Shown here piece after piece: positions 28,344 through 39,780 of a stretch of 64,000 nucleotides of DNA. Made by a program: the position numbers and the translations under genes. This DNA comes from an uncultured archaeon (lineage in GTDB: Archaea > Asgardarchaeota > Lokiarchaeia > Sigyniarchaeales > SOKP01): positions 56,521 through 120,520 of the forward strand of contig CAYLZE010000003.1 in assembly GCA_964388035.1 (NCBI GenBank), written 5' to 3'. Below the pieces are notes generated by a model. That model was not told the DNA's origin, did no database searches, and saw only the letters and a list, made by a program, of their open reading frames with translations. Position 1 is the stretch's first letter. Every line of letters begins with the position of its first letter.

Positions 28344-29192
28344 ATGATAATATGGATAATCGATAGCACATCGGGAGTAAAATTGCTCTATTGGGCGAAT
28401 AGGTCCGTTATAAATATTGATGAAGATCTAATCTCGGGATTATTAACTGCATTTCATCGTTTTTCTGTAGTTGAATTTCAACAAAATTTAGAATCCATAG
28501 AAATGGGAGGATTAAAGTGGATTTATCAACAAGAACCCGAATATAACTTGATGTTCGTAGCTGCTGATAATAAAGATATCAAAACCGAGATTTTAACAGC
28601 TAGATTATATATAATTAATAAAATATTCTTGGATAAATATAAGGATTTATTCAAAACAAGGGGTTCTAGTTGGGAGGGAAATTTTAATGTGTTTACCCCC
28701 TTTATAGATATTTTGGAATCTTACAATGCTCAATGGGACGAAACAAATGATATAAACCAAGTGGCTGAAATTTATGATATTTTGCGGATTTTCCAACAGA
28801 TTTTTATTATTTTAGGAAATTTATTACGCAATAGAATGTATCAAAAATCCCAAAATCGAATTTTAAGCGAAATAGAGAAAGATTTTGGTAAATTAATGAA
28901 AAATGAGAAATTTAATGAGCAATTTAATAAGCAAAACGTGTCGTTTTCAAAAATAAATTGGTTTGATCTTGAGGACATTAACCTAATCAAAACTAATAAA
29001 TTTTTACTTTTAGATTTTTTAAAATCTTTATTAGTCCTTATTATAAATGCTTTTAGAAAAGTAAAAGGCAATGAATATTGTTTTAAATATTTTAGTGAAG
29101 AGAAAATTTTTCTATATTTATATCAAAATATGAATTTAATTAAAGATCTTAACTTGGACTTATTTTTTCTAAAAAACTTCTTATTATTATAA
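28344..29192 (+). CDS. N-terminal longin/roadblock-like domain protein (Asgard type)
   Basis: IWIIDSTSGVKLL..DEDLISGLLTAF..F..IEMGG..F...Y....W.GN..VF.PF. Confidence 0.7.
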   Translation: MIIWIIDSTSGVKLLYWANRSVINIDEDLISGLLTAFHRFSVVEFQQNLESIEMGGLKWIYQQEPEYNLMFVAADNKDIKTEILTARLYIINKIFLDKYKDLFKTRGSSWEGNFNVFTPFIDILESYNAQWDETNDINQVAEIYDILRIFQQIFIILGNLLRNRMYQKSQNRILSEIEKDFGKLMKNEKFNEQFNKQNVSFSKINWFDLEDINLIKTNKFLLLDFLKSLLVLIINAFRKVKGNEYCFKYFSEEKIFLYLYQNMNLIKDLNLDLFFLKNFLLL

Positions 29193-29423
29193 TTTTATAA
29201 ATAATCTTAAATTTCATTCTTATTCTAACTCTGATGGAAAGGAAGTATTATTTTATCCTGAATACAATCTGTTAAGAAAGAATTGAAGTTAAGCTTTTAA
29301 ATAATGAATAGCGTTAAGGATGAACATAGGTTATTTTATCAAAAAATATAATATGAACTAATTGGACACTTTTTTATTAACTTAAAGTTAATTTATTATC
29401 TTTTTACTTAATTGAAGTGCGAT

Positions 29424-29759
29424 CTATTCCATTAGGGCATCTATTTTTGCAGCGACAATGAAATCGTTCAAATGTAAGCCCTTTATTACGTGTGTATGCA
29501 GCTCCAAAACGACTTGGTCATAAAATATATGAATATCCGGATGATGATCCTCTTCTTCTGCAATTTTAGCAACATTATTGACAAATTTCATTGATTCACC
29601 GAAATCATCAAACCAGAATTCTTTCCGTATTTTATGGATTCCTTCCCTCGATAAAGCCCAACCTTTCAAATCATTTAAATATTTTTCTTCATCTTTTTCA
29701 TTTAAGGGGGGAATTCCGCCCTCACAAGGAACGCACTTCTTTTTTACTAATTCACTCAT
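29424..29759 (-). CDS. pterin-4a-carbinolamine dehydratase
   Basis: CVPCEGG, AEEEDHHPDI, THVIKGLHLNDFIVAAKID. Confidence 0.92.
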   Translation of the reverse strand: MSELVKKKCVPCEGGIPPLNEKDEEKYLNDLKGWALSREGIHKIRKEFWFDDFGESMKFVNNVAKIAEEEDHHPDIHIFYDQVVLELHTHVIKGLHLNDFIVAAKIDALME

Positions 29760-30037
29760 AAAATTCACATTTTTTTTATCTCGTAATTATCTAATCACTT
29801 TTTTATATATAAATGCCATTTTGATAACTTATAACTTGGTTCCTTCTTTTAGATTTCAGAAAATCTATCCATTAAATGATCCTTCTTAGAATCATTTCTG
29901 AATAAAGGACATTAATTTTTAAATTTAAAAAAAATATAAAGAAAATCTAAAAAACTCCAACACGATTCCACTTAAAATGTAACATTAATCCTTATCTATT
30001 AAACTAATTTCCTAAACACCATATTAGAAGAAAAGTT

Positions 30038-30517
30038 CTAACAGAATAAACAACTCGATTTTCCATGTTTTTCATAATAACGTTGATGATACTCCTCCGC
30101 TTCATAGAATTCTTTCGCAGGTACGATTAAAGTCACAATTTTATTTTTATACTTTCCAGATTTATCCAATTTTGCCTTGGAATCAAGAGCTACTTTTCGC
30201 TGCTCCTCTGAAGTGTAAAAAATAACGGATCTATATTGCGAACCTACATCAAAACCTTGGCGATTGAGAGTTGTGGGATCATGGATATCCCAGAATACAT
30301 CTAATAAGGATGCATGGGAAAGAATTTCTGGATCAAAGATGACTTCTACGGTTTCAGCATGCCCCGTTGTATGGGAACAAACATCTTTATAAGTCGGATT
30401 ATCAGTTGTTCCTCCACTATACCCCACCCGGGTTGAAATTACACCTTTAACTTTCCTAAACGCGGCTTCAACTCCCCAGAAGCATCCTGCACCAAAATAT
30501 GCTTTTTCTACTGTCAT
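30038..30517 (-). CDS. msrA: peptide methionine sulfoxide reductase A
   Basis: GAGCFWGVE, TGHAE, HDPT..NRQG.DVGSQYRS, AEEYHQ. Confidence 0.96.
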   Translation of the reverse strand: MTVEKAYFGAGCFWGVEAAFRKVKGVISTRVGYSGGTTDNPTYKDVCSHTTGHAETVEVIFDPEILSHASLLDVFWDIHDPTTLNRQGFDVGSQYRSVIFYTSEEQRKVALDSKAKLDKSGKYKNKIVTLIVPAKEFYEAEEYHQRYYEKHGKSSCLFC

Positions 30518-30723
30518 AGGTATATAATAAAAATTAAGAAAAAAAAAATACTTCTAATCAAGTATAAAAAATTCTAAGTAAAAGCTTATTTATAAAAAAA
30601 GAATTAAGAGATTTTTTATATATTAAACTTACAACTATAATAAAGAAAATTTCACAGCGTACTTTATAAGATCTAAAGATGCTGGATGTTTTTACCTCTA
30701 ATATACTGAAATTATTAATAAAA

Positions 30724-31530
30724 TTATCTATTCCGATATCCGTGAATTGTTTCTGCCGTTCTAAGTAAAGATTTTTCCGATTTATCCGGTTTAATCTTCC
30801 CTACACGAGCTGTATATACTGCAAATTCTTCTTTTCCATCTAAGGAGAGATATCGATCCATTAATTCTTGATCATATGCACCAACAGCACAAGTGCCTGC
30901 ACCAATTGCCTCAGATGCCAGATAAAGGTTCTGACAAACGTGACCTGTTTCTTGCGCAATAGTTTTGTATGAAAAATCACCATATCTCCATTCCGTGCGA
31001 TATGGAATAACAGTCCATATGAAAACTAGGGGTGCTTTAAAGACCAGGGTTTTATCTAAAGGAAAAGGATCCTCTAAATCTTCTCGCAGTAAGAGGAGTT
31101 TATGTTCAATGCTTAAATATCTATACAATCCGGGTTTAAGATCTCCTTCAAGAGAAAGATATAAGTAGGTTTCAAATGGATGTCTAGCCCCTCCTGAAGG
31201 AACGGTTCTCCATGTAGCAGAATTATTTCCAATTATACGCTGGACTCCTTGCGTGCTCCATAATAAAAACGAAATTTCTTCCAAACTAAAAGGCTCCTTA
31301 GTGAACTTCCTTCGACTTCTTCTTTTATTAATGACATCTATTAAAGACATATTTCCAATGGAAAAGTTTTGTGGGTCCACTAAATCAATTAGGGGGACAT
31401 CTTCAGGATAAGGCTTTTCTAAAGGAGGAGGAGGAATCTTTTTTATTTGATCACTTACGAATTTAGCTCCTTTTTGAAAAGAAATAGATTTGAGAAATTC
31501 TCTATATTTTTTATATTCTTCTTCGCTCAA
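30724..31530 (-). CDS. SagB/ThcOx-family nitroreductase-like dehydrogenase
   Basis: RRSRRKF, LLWSTQG, RTVPSGGARHPFE, ETGHVCQNLYL. Confidence 0.9.
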   Translation of the reverse strand: MSEEEYKKYREFLKSISFQKGAKFVSDQIKKIPPPPLEKPYPEDVPLIDLVDPQNFSIGNMSLIDVINKRRSRRKFTKEPFSLEEISFLLWSTQGVQRIIGNNSATWRTVPSGGARHPFETYLYLSLEGDLKPGLYRYLSIEHKLLLLREDLEDPFPLDKTLVFKAPLVFIWTVIPYRTEWRYGDFSYKTIAQETGHVCQNLYLASEAIGAGTCAVGAYDQELMDRYLSLDGKEEFAVYTARVGKIKPDKSEKSLLRTAETIHGYRNR

Positions 31531-32041
31531 TTTTAAAATCTCACTAGTTCAATTTTTATCAAATTAATATTAAATTGAGATTTATTGGTTGATAATAATT
31601 ATCATTAATTTTCTATAATAAAAGTTGCACTGATCATTTTTCTGAATTTTTAATAGAATTTCATATGAGACAATTGCTTGCCGAACTGTTTAATATTAGA
31701 AGATCCAATCTATAATTTAATCCTTATTTGTAAATAATACGAGTTTTTTTAGCATATAGATGACATTTAGAGGTCCAATAATTTGAGTGATAAAATATTA
31801 TAATAGGGAATTATAAAAAAAGAGACATTAATTTAATTTACAAGAAAAAAAATGTAGAAGATTTTTTGATATAAGGCTTGAAACAAGAAGTTCAAGTTAA
31901 CTCCTATAATTTCCAAGATTAAATGAAATGGATGTAAAAAATTATCAATACTATGGAAGTAAAAAAAAATACAGGAGTTTATGAAATAAATTCTTTTTTA
32001 TAAATCATATAACAGTTTAAAATTTAAGAAGGTGAGAATAA

Positions 32042-32629
32042 ATGGCGCAACCAATTGGTCCTTTAATGATGGAGCATCGGCTAATAGAAAGGATGATAGC
32101 TCTACTTAAGAATGAACTCCAACGGATAACAAGTAAAACAGAAGTAAATTCTGTTTTTATTAATAATGCCGTGGACTTCATGAGAATTTATGCAGACAGA
32201 ACCCATCACGGAAAAGAGGAGGATATTTTGTTTAGAGAGTTGAAAAAAAAGAAGATCTCTAAACAACACGAAACCATGATGAATGATCTTATAAATGATC
32301 ACATGTTCGCACGGAAAACAACAGGAGAATTAGTTAAAGCTAACCAAGATCATCTAAATGGAATTTCGGATGCGATTAATATTATCATCGAAAAACTCGC
32401 TATTTTAACGGAATTTTATCCCAAACACATTGAAAAAGAAGATAAACATTTTTTCATACCTGTCATGGAATATTTCACGCAAACTGAAAAGAATAACATG
32501 CTTGAAGAGGGACAAGTATATGATCGGCGAATGATTCATCGTAAATATAATTCGTTCGTCCTTGCAATTGAAGAAGAACGGCAACTAATTACAAAAAGAT
32601 CAAATGATACATGGATAAATTACATGTAA
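32042..32629 (+). CDS. hemerythrin/HHE domain protein
   Basis: EHRLIER, HHGKEEDILF, DH, HIEKEDKHFF; GGTGA SD. Confidence 0.9.
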   Translation: MAQPIGPLMMEHRLIERMIALLKNELQRITSKTEVNSVFINNAVDFMRIYADRTHHGKEEDILFRELKKKKISKQHETMMNDLINDHMFARKTTGELVKANQDHLNGISDAINIIIEKLAILTEFYPKHIEKEDKHFFIPVMEYFTQTEKNNMLEEGQVYDRRMIHRKYNSFVLAIEEERQLITKRSNDTWINYM

Positions 32630-32797
32630 GCATTTTCTTCTTTTTTTTTAAAAACTTAATAAAACGGTTAGAAAAAATGTATTCAGCATGATAATAACCG
32701 AAATATTCAGTTATTTCTCGTTAGTGAAAAGGTTTACGAGCAAAAATAAAAATTGGACTATTAAAATTATTTCTTTAAAAATGTTAAGCTTTATTTT

Positions 32798-33512
32798 ATG
32801 GAACTAAATAATAAATGCCCGGTTCTTTTTAATTCAAAATTTAGAGTTATTTCTACGTGGATTTTCTTTCTTTTAGGTGCAATCATTGTCATTTTAATTT
32901 TCGTAGCAATTTATAATTTTAACATTGGGTAAGCTTTAATAAACACTACAATATAATCGTCATCTTTATGCTTACATTGAAGTAGTTTCCGTTGGATTAC
33001 TCCCCATGATCTATACCATTATTTGCAAGGAAAATCCTTCAATTTATGGCATAAGTATTAAAAAAAAAGGGATTATTAAGTCAATTCTACTATCGATGCT
33101 TTTAGTTCTTGTTTTATTCACTTTAGGATATTTAACCAAGGGAACTATAGTTAATTACGAATCCTACAATTTTGAATTGAATTTTCCTTGGAACGTATTT
33201 TATTTTCTGCTCGGTGTTTTCGCTTGGGGTCCTTTAGAAGTTTTCTTTTTCGTGTATCTTATTATAAATACTGATAATATCTTTCAGAGAGAGAATAAAA
33301 TAGTCTCTTATGGATTAATAATCACTACTATAATTTTTGCATCATATCATATTCTAACGACTCAGAGTTTATATAATGCTTTTTATACCGGATCTATTTT
33401 TTTTGTCTTGGGTTTAATATTCCAATATTCAAAAAATTCAATTGGACCTATGTTAGCTTGGACTTTAATAAATGGACAAATTTGGTTTATCTTACAAATG
33501 TTATGGCTTTAA
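32798..33512 (+). pseudogene. CPBP/Abi-like membrane protein, disrupted at the 5' end
   Basis: ATG 32798 frame encodes a TM segment then TAA 32930-32932; frame shifts near 32942 into the 33006 ORF (GPLE, IFASYH, SKNSIGPM). Confidence 0.6.
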
Positions 33513-33714
33513 ACTATTTAATTTTTTTTTATTCTTTTTGGTATAAAGAAAAGGATGGGAAACAAACAATTATATCTTGTATTTTGATTGCCTTTTGAAA
33601 GGTTTTAGTTAAAGAAATTTGTCAACTAACTTGTTATGATTCTTTTTTCTCTTTCCAACTCCTTTAAATTGTTAATCAAAGAGTATAAAAATTCACTAAT
33701 TTAATTTAATAGAG

Positions 33715-34554
33715 ATGCAATATCTAAAATTTGGAAAGGAAGGAGAAAAAATTCCCTTAGTAGGACAAGGAACGGCAGGAATCGAACCTTCTTTATCATC
33801 GCAAATGTTAGATAATTGGAAAATGGTCCTAAAGAAAGGTATCGAATTGGGAATGACCCATATTGACACCGCTGAACTGTATGGAAATGGATTGGCAGAA
33901 GAAATCGTGGGAGATGTAATAAAAGATCATGACAGGAATGATTTGTTCATTACAACTAAGATGTTACCCTCGCGTATTACAGAAAAAGCCATGAGATCAG
34001 CAATTGAAGGGAGCCTCAAAAGACTGAAGTTAAAATATGTCGATTTATATTTAATTCACTGGCTGGAAGAAGATAGTTCAATTGAGAAAATAATGAGATT
34101 TTTAGAAAAGATGGTAGATGAGGGAAAAACAAGATATATTGGAGTAAGCAATTTCTCATTAGATGAAGTTAAAGCCGCACGAAAGGTTTTGAAAAAGAAT
34201 GACATCATAACAAATCAAATTAGATTGAATGTGAGAGAAAATCTTCACATGCTGGAATGTCTTCCTTATTATCAGGATGAAAACTTGTTTATTACAGCTT
34301 ACAGTCCTTTAGATGATAACGGCTTACAGTCAATCGAACCCTCTATTCAAGAACTATTGAAAAGGTTAGCAGAAAAATATGAAAAAACCATTCAACAAGT
34401 AGCTATCGCATGGTTAATCAACCATGATAATGTTATCGCAATTCCAAAAACAACCAGTGTAAAACACGTTGTAGAAAATGCGGAAGCGGTTGATATAAAA
34501 TTAACGTGGGAAGAGTTGAAGGCATTCGAATATAAAATGATAGACAGTTTTTGA
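33715..34554 (+). CDS. aldo/keto reductase
   Basis: IDTAELYG, ITTK, DLYLIHW, IGVSNF, AYSPL, IPK. Confidence 0.93.
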   Translation: MQYLKFGKEGEKIPLVGQGTAGIEPSLSSQMLDNWKMVLKKGIELGMTHIDTAELYGNGLAEEIVGDVIKDHDRNDLFITTKMLPSRITEKAMRSAIEGSLKRLKLKYVDLYLIHWLEEDSSIEKIMRFLEKMVDEGKTRYIGVSNFSLDEVKAARKVLKKNDIITNQIRLNVRENLHMLECLPYYQDENLFITAYSPLDDNGLQSIEPSIQELLKRLAEKYEKTIQQVAIAWLINHDNVIAIPKTTSVKHVVENAEAVDIKLTWEELKAFEYKMIDSF

Positions 34555-34853
34555 ATGAATAGAATATTTATTTGAATTGAATTCTCCATCCATGCTGAAT
34601 AAATTCATAAAGAAGGAACAAATACATTAATTCTTCCCATATTTGACTTACTTTACTTTTTGAAATAAGGTTTCATACTATTTCCTTCATGATCCATGTA
34701 ATTCGAAAAAGAAAGTATAAAATTTCTAATATTTTCCTTTTCATCCTTTAATCATTAAATTTTCAATATAAAATATTTATAAAAATTTTATATTATTTGA
34801 TTATTTTTAATACTTAGAAGTTGTTAGTAAGAATATAATTTAGTACAAAAATA

Positions 34854-36392
34854 ATGGGAGAAAATGTAAAAATGAGAACAAAAGAGCAATACATGAAAGA
34901 TTTGGGTAAGATGAAGAAAAACATATATTTCGATGGCGATAAGATTGACCGATTGGACGAACGCCAAATGAATTGTATTAACACGATTGGAACAACTTTC
35001 GAAGTCGTAGATGATCCTGCATTTAAAGATTTGATTCTAGTGAAATCTCATCTTACTGGTGAAATTATAAATAGATTTACCCATGTTCATCATTCTACCG
35101 ATGATCTTCATAAAAAGCAAGACTTGACTCGAAAGTTATGTCAAAAAGTCGGAGGATGTATTCAACGATGCATGGGTTGTGATGGAATGAATGCCGTTTA
35201 TAATGTGAGCTATGAGGCAGACAAGGCAAATAAAGGAAAAACTAATTATCATGAAAATTTTAAAAGATGGTTATTACGATTTCAAAAAGAAGATTTAATA
35301 GCAGCTTGTGCCCAAACCGATGTAAAAGGAGATCGTATAAAGCGTCCAGCAGATCAGGCGGATCCAGATATGTATGTTCATGTGGTTGACCAAAATGATG
35401 AAGGAATCGTGGTTCGGGGTTGTAAACTTCACATTTCTGAAGCTTCTGTTTCAGATGAGATTTTAGTGGTACCAACCAGAGCTTTGCGAAAAGAGGATAA
35501 AGATTATGCTGTTTCCTTTGCTGTTCCAGCAGATTATGAAAATGTGTCTCAAGTAATAACTATACATAATTTAAGAGAGAGAGAACATTATCATCGCGGC
35601 TTTACAATGGGAGCAACCGATTCCTACATTATTTTTGATGACACCTTCATTCCATGGGAACGGGTTTTCTTATGCGGTGAACATGTATACGGAGGTGCTC
35701 TTGCCTTGTTATTTGGGTTATTTCATCGACATAGTTATTCAGGATGTAAGCCAGCAATCGGTGATATGATGACGGGAGTGGCAGCATTGGCCGCAGAGTA
35801 TAATAATATTGAACAAGCTTCCCATGTTCGACACAAACTAGCGGAGCTCATCAGAGTCACTGAACTTGGGTACGCAGCAGGATATACTGCTTCCGATTTG
35901 GGGAAGCCGGAATTGTACGTGCCCGGTATGGGAGTAGTTCCATTTGGCCCAGGAAGTTACATTCCTAATTCAATTTATTGTAATGTAGGAAGATGCTTAA
36001 CGGGAGAAAATGTATATCGTGAAGCAGAAATTATATGTGATATATCAGGTGGTATACCAGCAACTTTTCCTCATGAAAAAGACTTCATGAATCCAGAACT
36101 CACGGAAAAGTTATATAAATACATTACAAGAAATACTAATATAGCACCAGAGAATGCCACCAAGTTTTGGATGTTTGTAGGCGATTTATTATGTTCTGCA
36201 AGTGGAGGAATTGCACAAGTTGGTGGTTATCACGGAGGAGGCTCACCCGTAATGGAAGAGATTGCTATTACTTCGCAATATGATATCGAAAAGCGAAAGA
36301 AAATCGTAAAAGATATCGTTGGAATTAGCGATAATTTAAATCGTGAATACATCAAAAAGAATAAAAGTCTTTCGAAATTGAAGCCTCGCTAA
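34854..36392 (+). CDS. 4-hydroxybutyryl-CoA dehydratase / HpaB-family flavoprotein
   Basis: CIQRC and HRHSYSGCK (AbfD-type Fe-S ligands), TDVKGDR, HGGGSP. Confidence 0.85.
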   Translation: MGENVKMRTKEQYMKDLGKMKKNIYFDGDKIDRLDERQMNCINTIGTTFEVVDDPAFKDLILVKSHLTGEIINRFTHVHHSTDDLHKKQDLTRKLCQKVGGCIQRCMGCDGMNAVYNVSYEADKANKGKTNYHENFKRWLLRFQKEDLIAACAQTDVKGDRIKRPADQADPDMYVHVVDQNDEGIVVRGCKLHISEASVSDEILVVPTRALRKEDKDYAVSFAVPADYENVSQVITIHNLREREHYHRGFTMGATDSYIIFDDTFIPWERVFLCGEHVYGGALALLFGLFHRHSYSGCKPAIGDMMTGVAALAAEYNNIEQASHVRHKLAELIRVTELGYAAGYTASDLGKPELYVPGMGVVPFGPGSYIPNSIYCNVGRCLTGENVYREAEIICDISGGIPATFPHEKDFMNPELTEKLYKYITRNTNIAPENATKFWMFVGDLLCSASGGIAQVGGYHGGGSPVMEEIAITSQYDIEKRKKIVKDIVGISDNLNREYIKKNKSLSKLKPR

Positions 36393-36734
36393 AGAAACAT
36401 GTGTGAAATTTTCCAAATATAATAATAAAATTCTCATTTATTTTTCTATTTCTTAATATAGATGAGCTTAGAAAAAAAAAGTTCATTTTAAATTCTAAAT
36501 TCATTGGTCATGTTATTTTTTATATAATAATGGAAGCAAATGTTAAAAAGCAAGCTTTTTCTGATTAATCTTGTCAAGAATTTAGGAATTTCATCGCTTA
36601 TCTTGCAATTTTCAATTTTTTTAAGAATTTCAATGTTATACTACAAAAATTGACATTTAAAAGAATTTTTTCAACTAATTGGAAAATGGGATGGACTTAC
36701 ATTAGTTTTAAGCTATTTTTTAATTATAATTAAC

Positions 36735-37475
36735 TTAAAATCTTTTTCTCATAAAGGTATAGTGAATGACTTCATTGGGACATGAATCAACACAATTAGC
36801 ACAAAGTATGCATTCTGAATGAGAAATTGCCCCAAGTTTGATCATTTCCATCACAGGAAGTGATATGGGACAATTTGTAGAACAGATCCCACAATTCGTG
36901 CACTTCTCCGGATAAGTTTTAAGTATTAGAGTCGGAAGAGATATTTTTTCACTTAACCCTTTTCCGATAATCATGAAAGGGGCCATCCAACACAAATAAT
37001 GACAAAACCCCCTTTTTCCTGTTGCAAGAGCAAGAATTAACACGATTGCCACTGTCATTGAATACATCACCCATTCGGCTTCTTGAGGCAAAGGAATGCC
37101 AAATGCTCGTTTATAGGCAAGATCTACTAATTTGAAACCGCCATTATAGAACCCGAGCAAGAAGAAGAGACTTATCCACGGGATGAATGAAAGATATTTA
37201 ATCCAATTCCATTTATTATTTACTCTGCGATTATTAATTCCAAATGCAATTTCTTGCAAACCACCGCTCGGACAAATTCATCCACAAAATAATCTTCCTC
37301 CAAAGAAAGAAAACAGAAACAAAATACTAAAAACAATCACATCAGCAGCTATGATCCCTTCTGAAGCTCCAAATAATAGTAAATCAGGAGAAAAAAGATA
37401 ATAAGTGATAGGGTACCAGATGATCGAAATTAATAAAATTAATTTCCGAATTTTTTGACGATTTTTCCTTATCAT
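36735..37475 (-). pseudogene. membrane 4Fe-4S binding protein (NapH/YccM-like) interrupted by in-frame TGA
   Basis: ORFs 37278..37475 and 36735..37259 are one frame: GRLFCG*ICPSGGLQE; TGA at 37278-37280; two ferredoxin motifs downstream. Confidence 0.8.
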
Positions 37476-37626
37476 AATTGTTTATAATCTTTTTCTTTTT
37501 TAAAGGTTTTATCCTTCAATTTTTGTTATTCATTTCACATTACCAACCAGAATAATAAAGAGATTAGATTAAAGCTCCAATATAACAAAAATTAAAACGT
37601 ATACTCATATCATATTGTTGAATTAA

Positions 37627-38048
37627 TTAAAAACGCTTACAAATTTAATTCACGTGTTCTTTTTAATAGGGATAGGTATTGCGGGTTCATTATACAGCAA
37701 GGATCTCGTAGTTTCGGATATAATAGATGAAGATGAGGTTCTCACAGGTACAAGGCGTGATGCAAGTTATTTTGGCATCTATACTTTTTATCTAAGGATT
37801 GGATATATTTTTGTATTTCTATCAATTTCTTTGGTTTTTACCATCATGGGTGGGTAATTTTTGAACCAGATAAAGTAACTCCAGAAATAATTTTAGGTTT
37901 ACGTATCTTTGGTTTCGAGTTTCCTGCGATTGCCTTATCATTCATAATCATCTTCATACATAAGTATCCTCTTCACAGAGAATATTTAAAAGAAATTAAA
38001 ATAAAGCTTGAAACGATACATAAAGAAAATAGAACATTGATACCATAG
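37627..38048 (+). pseudogene. 3' fragment of a GPH-family MFS transporter with a frameshift
   Basis: DIIDEDEVLTGTRRDASYFG, then a 1-nt loss at ~37849-50; continues WVIFEP..LGLRIF..FPAIA..YPL, colinear with the C-terminus of 42336..43733. Confidence 0.8.
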
Positions 38049-38109
38049 TAAATTATTTTATTTTTGTTTTTTTAATATTTCAAAAGATATATTACAAGAA
38101 AATTCTTAT

Positions 38110-39780
38110 TTAGAACTCTAAAATCGCTCCTTTGGCTGCAGAAGTAACTAATTTTCTATATTTTAACAATGCTTTACTTTTAATCGTTTTTTCAATTGGT
38201 TTCCAGTTTTTTAGACGAGTTTGAATTTCCTCTTCCGTTAAATCAACGATTAATTTCCTATTGGGAATATCTATTTTTATCAAGTCTTCATTTTCAATGA
38301 TGGCTAATGGGCCTCCAACATACGCTTCCGGGCTCACGTGACCAATACATGGGCCCGATGTTGCTCCAGAAAATCTTCCATCGGTTATTAATGCCACTTT
38401 GTCTAAATTTTTCCTTAACATTAGAGTAGCTGTCGTTGCTAACAACTCCGGCATTCCTGGTCCACCTTTTGGTCCTTCATATCGAATGATTATGACCGAG
38501 CCATTGGGAATGTTATTTAAAGCTAATGCATTGAGTACGTCCTTCTCATCATTAAAACAATATGCGGGACCTTCAAATTTCATCATTTGGGGATCTTTAA
38601 TTGCGGATTGTTTCACAACCGCTCCTTCTGGTGCTAAATTCCCTTTTAAGATTACTGTTCCTCCCTCGGGGGCAACGGGATCATCAATAGGTCTGATAAT
38701 TAAATCGTTCAAAACCTCTTTCTTACGAATTTGTTTCTGTAAAGTAATTCCTGAAACGGTTAAGCAATCTAAATTGAGGAAGCTTTTTAATCTATTCATG
38801 ACTGCCTCTACCCCACCCGCTTTATACAAATCTACGATTCCATATGCACCAGATGGAGATACATTCACGATGGTTGGGATTTTCTTACTATATTCGTTAA
38901 AGAGTTCCAGATCAAATTCAATTCCCATTTCATGAGCAATGGCCGGTAAGTGCAATGCAGAATTAGTTGATCCCCCAATTGCCACGTCAATCATTATAAC
39001 GTTTTCCAAGGATTTTTGGGTAATTATTTTAGAAGGTGTAATTCCGTTCTTAATTAAATCTATTATTTTTCTTCCCGAATCTCTTGCAATTAAGAGTTTT
39101 TTTCTACTAATTGCGGGAGAAGTTGCCGCATCAGGAAGTGTCATTCCAAAAGCTTCCATTAAGCATTGAAAAGTATTTGCCGTGCCCATTATTTCACAAG
39201 CCCCGTAAGTTCCGCACGTGATACAATTCAACTTATTATCAAAATCATCATATAGATTTTGCTCAATACCTTTATAATCAGACGTAAATCTTATTTCATA
39301 TAAGTTTGGACCTCCAGGTACGCATATTGTAGGAATGTCCAATCTTATTGCAGCCATTAATACTGCGGGATTAATTTTATCACATCCCGATAAGGTTACC
39401 ATGGCATCTAATCGATGAGCTTCAATCATTAATTCAATTGAATCCGCAATGACTTCTCTCTGGGGTAAAATATGCCTCATCCCATCATTACCATTAGCCC
39501 ATCCGTCACATGGCCCGACCGTGCAAAACTCAAATGGTATTCCTCCCGCTTCTATTATACCATATTTCACCGCTTCTGATAGTTCCCTTAGATGCTTATG
39601 ACCAGGATTAAGTTCATTCCAAGTATTTACAACCCCAATAAAAGGTTTATTTTTGATATCTTTATCATCTAATCCTAATCCTTTAAGAATTCCAAGAGTC
39701 ACGTAATTAAAGGGTGTATTTTTGATTGTTTCGAAAATGGTGTTACTTCTTTGCTTTAACATATCTTTTTCATTGACCAT
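38110..39780 (-). CDS. ilvD: IlvD/Edd family dehydratase
   Basis: PGHKHL, CDG, CDKINP, MGTANT, GGSTN..LH, GNLAPEGAVVK, YEGPKGGPGMPE, TDGRFSG, HVSPEA. Confidence 0.92.
   Translation of the reverse strand: MVNEKDMLKQRSNTIFETIKNTPFNYVTLGILKGLGLDDKDIKNKPFIGVVNTWNELNPGHKHLRELSEAVKYGIIEAGGIPFEFCTVGPCDGWANGNDGMRHILPQREVIADSIELMIEAHRLDAMVTLSGCDKINPAVLMAAIRLDIPTICVPGGPNLYEIRFTSDYKGIEQNLYDDFDNKLNCITCGTYGACEIMGTANTFQCLMEAFGMTLPDAATSPAISRKKLLIARDSGRKIIDLIKNGITPSKIITQKSLENVIMIDVAIGGSTNSALHLPAIAHEMGIEFDLELFNEYSKKIPTIVNVSPSGAYGIVDLYKAGGVEAVMNRLKSFLNLDCLTVSGITLQKQIRKKEVLNDLIIRPIDDPVAPEGGTVILKGNLAPEGAVVKQSAIKDPQMMKFEGPAYCFNDEKDVLNALALNNIPNGSVIIIRYEGPKGGPGMPELLATTATLMLRKNLDKVALITDGRFSGATSGPCIGHVSPEAYVGGPLAIIENEDLIKIDIPNRKLIVDLTEEEIQTRLKNWKPIEKTIKSKALLKYRKLVTSAAKGAILEF

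Noticed and set aside
30724-31530. SagB-like gene as part of a RiPP (azole) cluster
   Set aside because: No YcaO or precursor peptide is nearby; stand-alone SagB-type nitroreductases are common in archaea.
36400-36734. Possible SECIS element downstream of the TGA-containing Fe-S gene (ATGA..AA..GA on the minus strand near 36550-36595)
   Set aside because: The strand after ATGA has no complementary partner, so helix II cannot form; the TGA is also at a Trp position.
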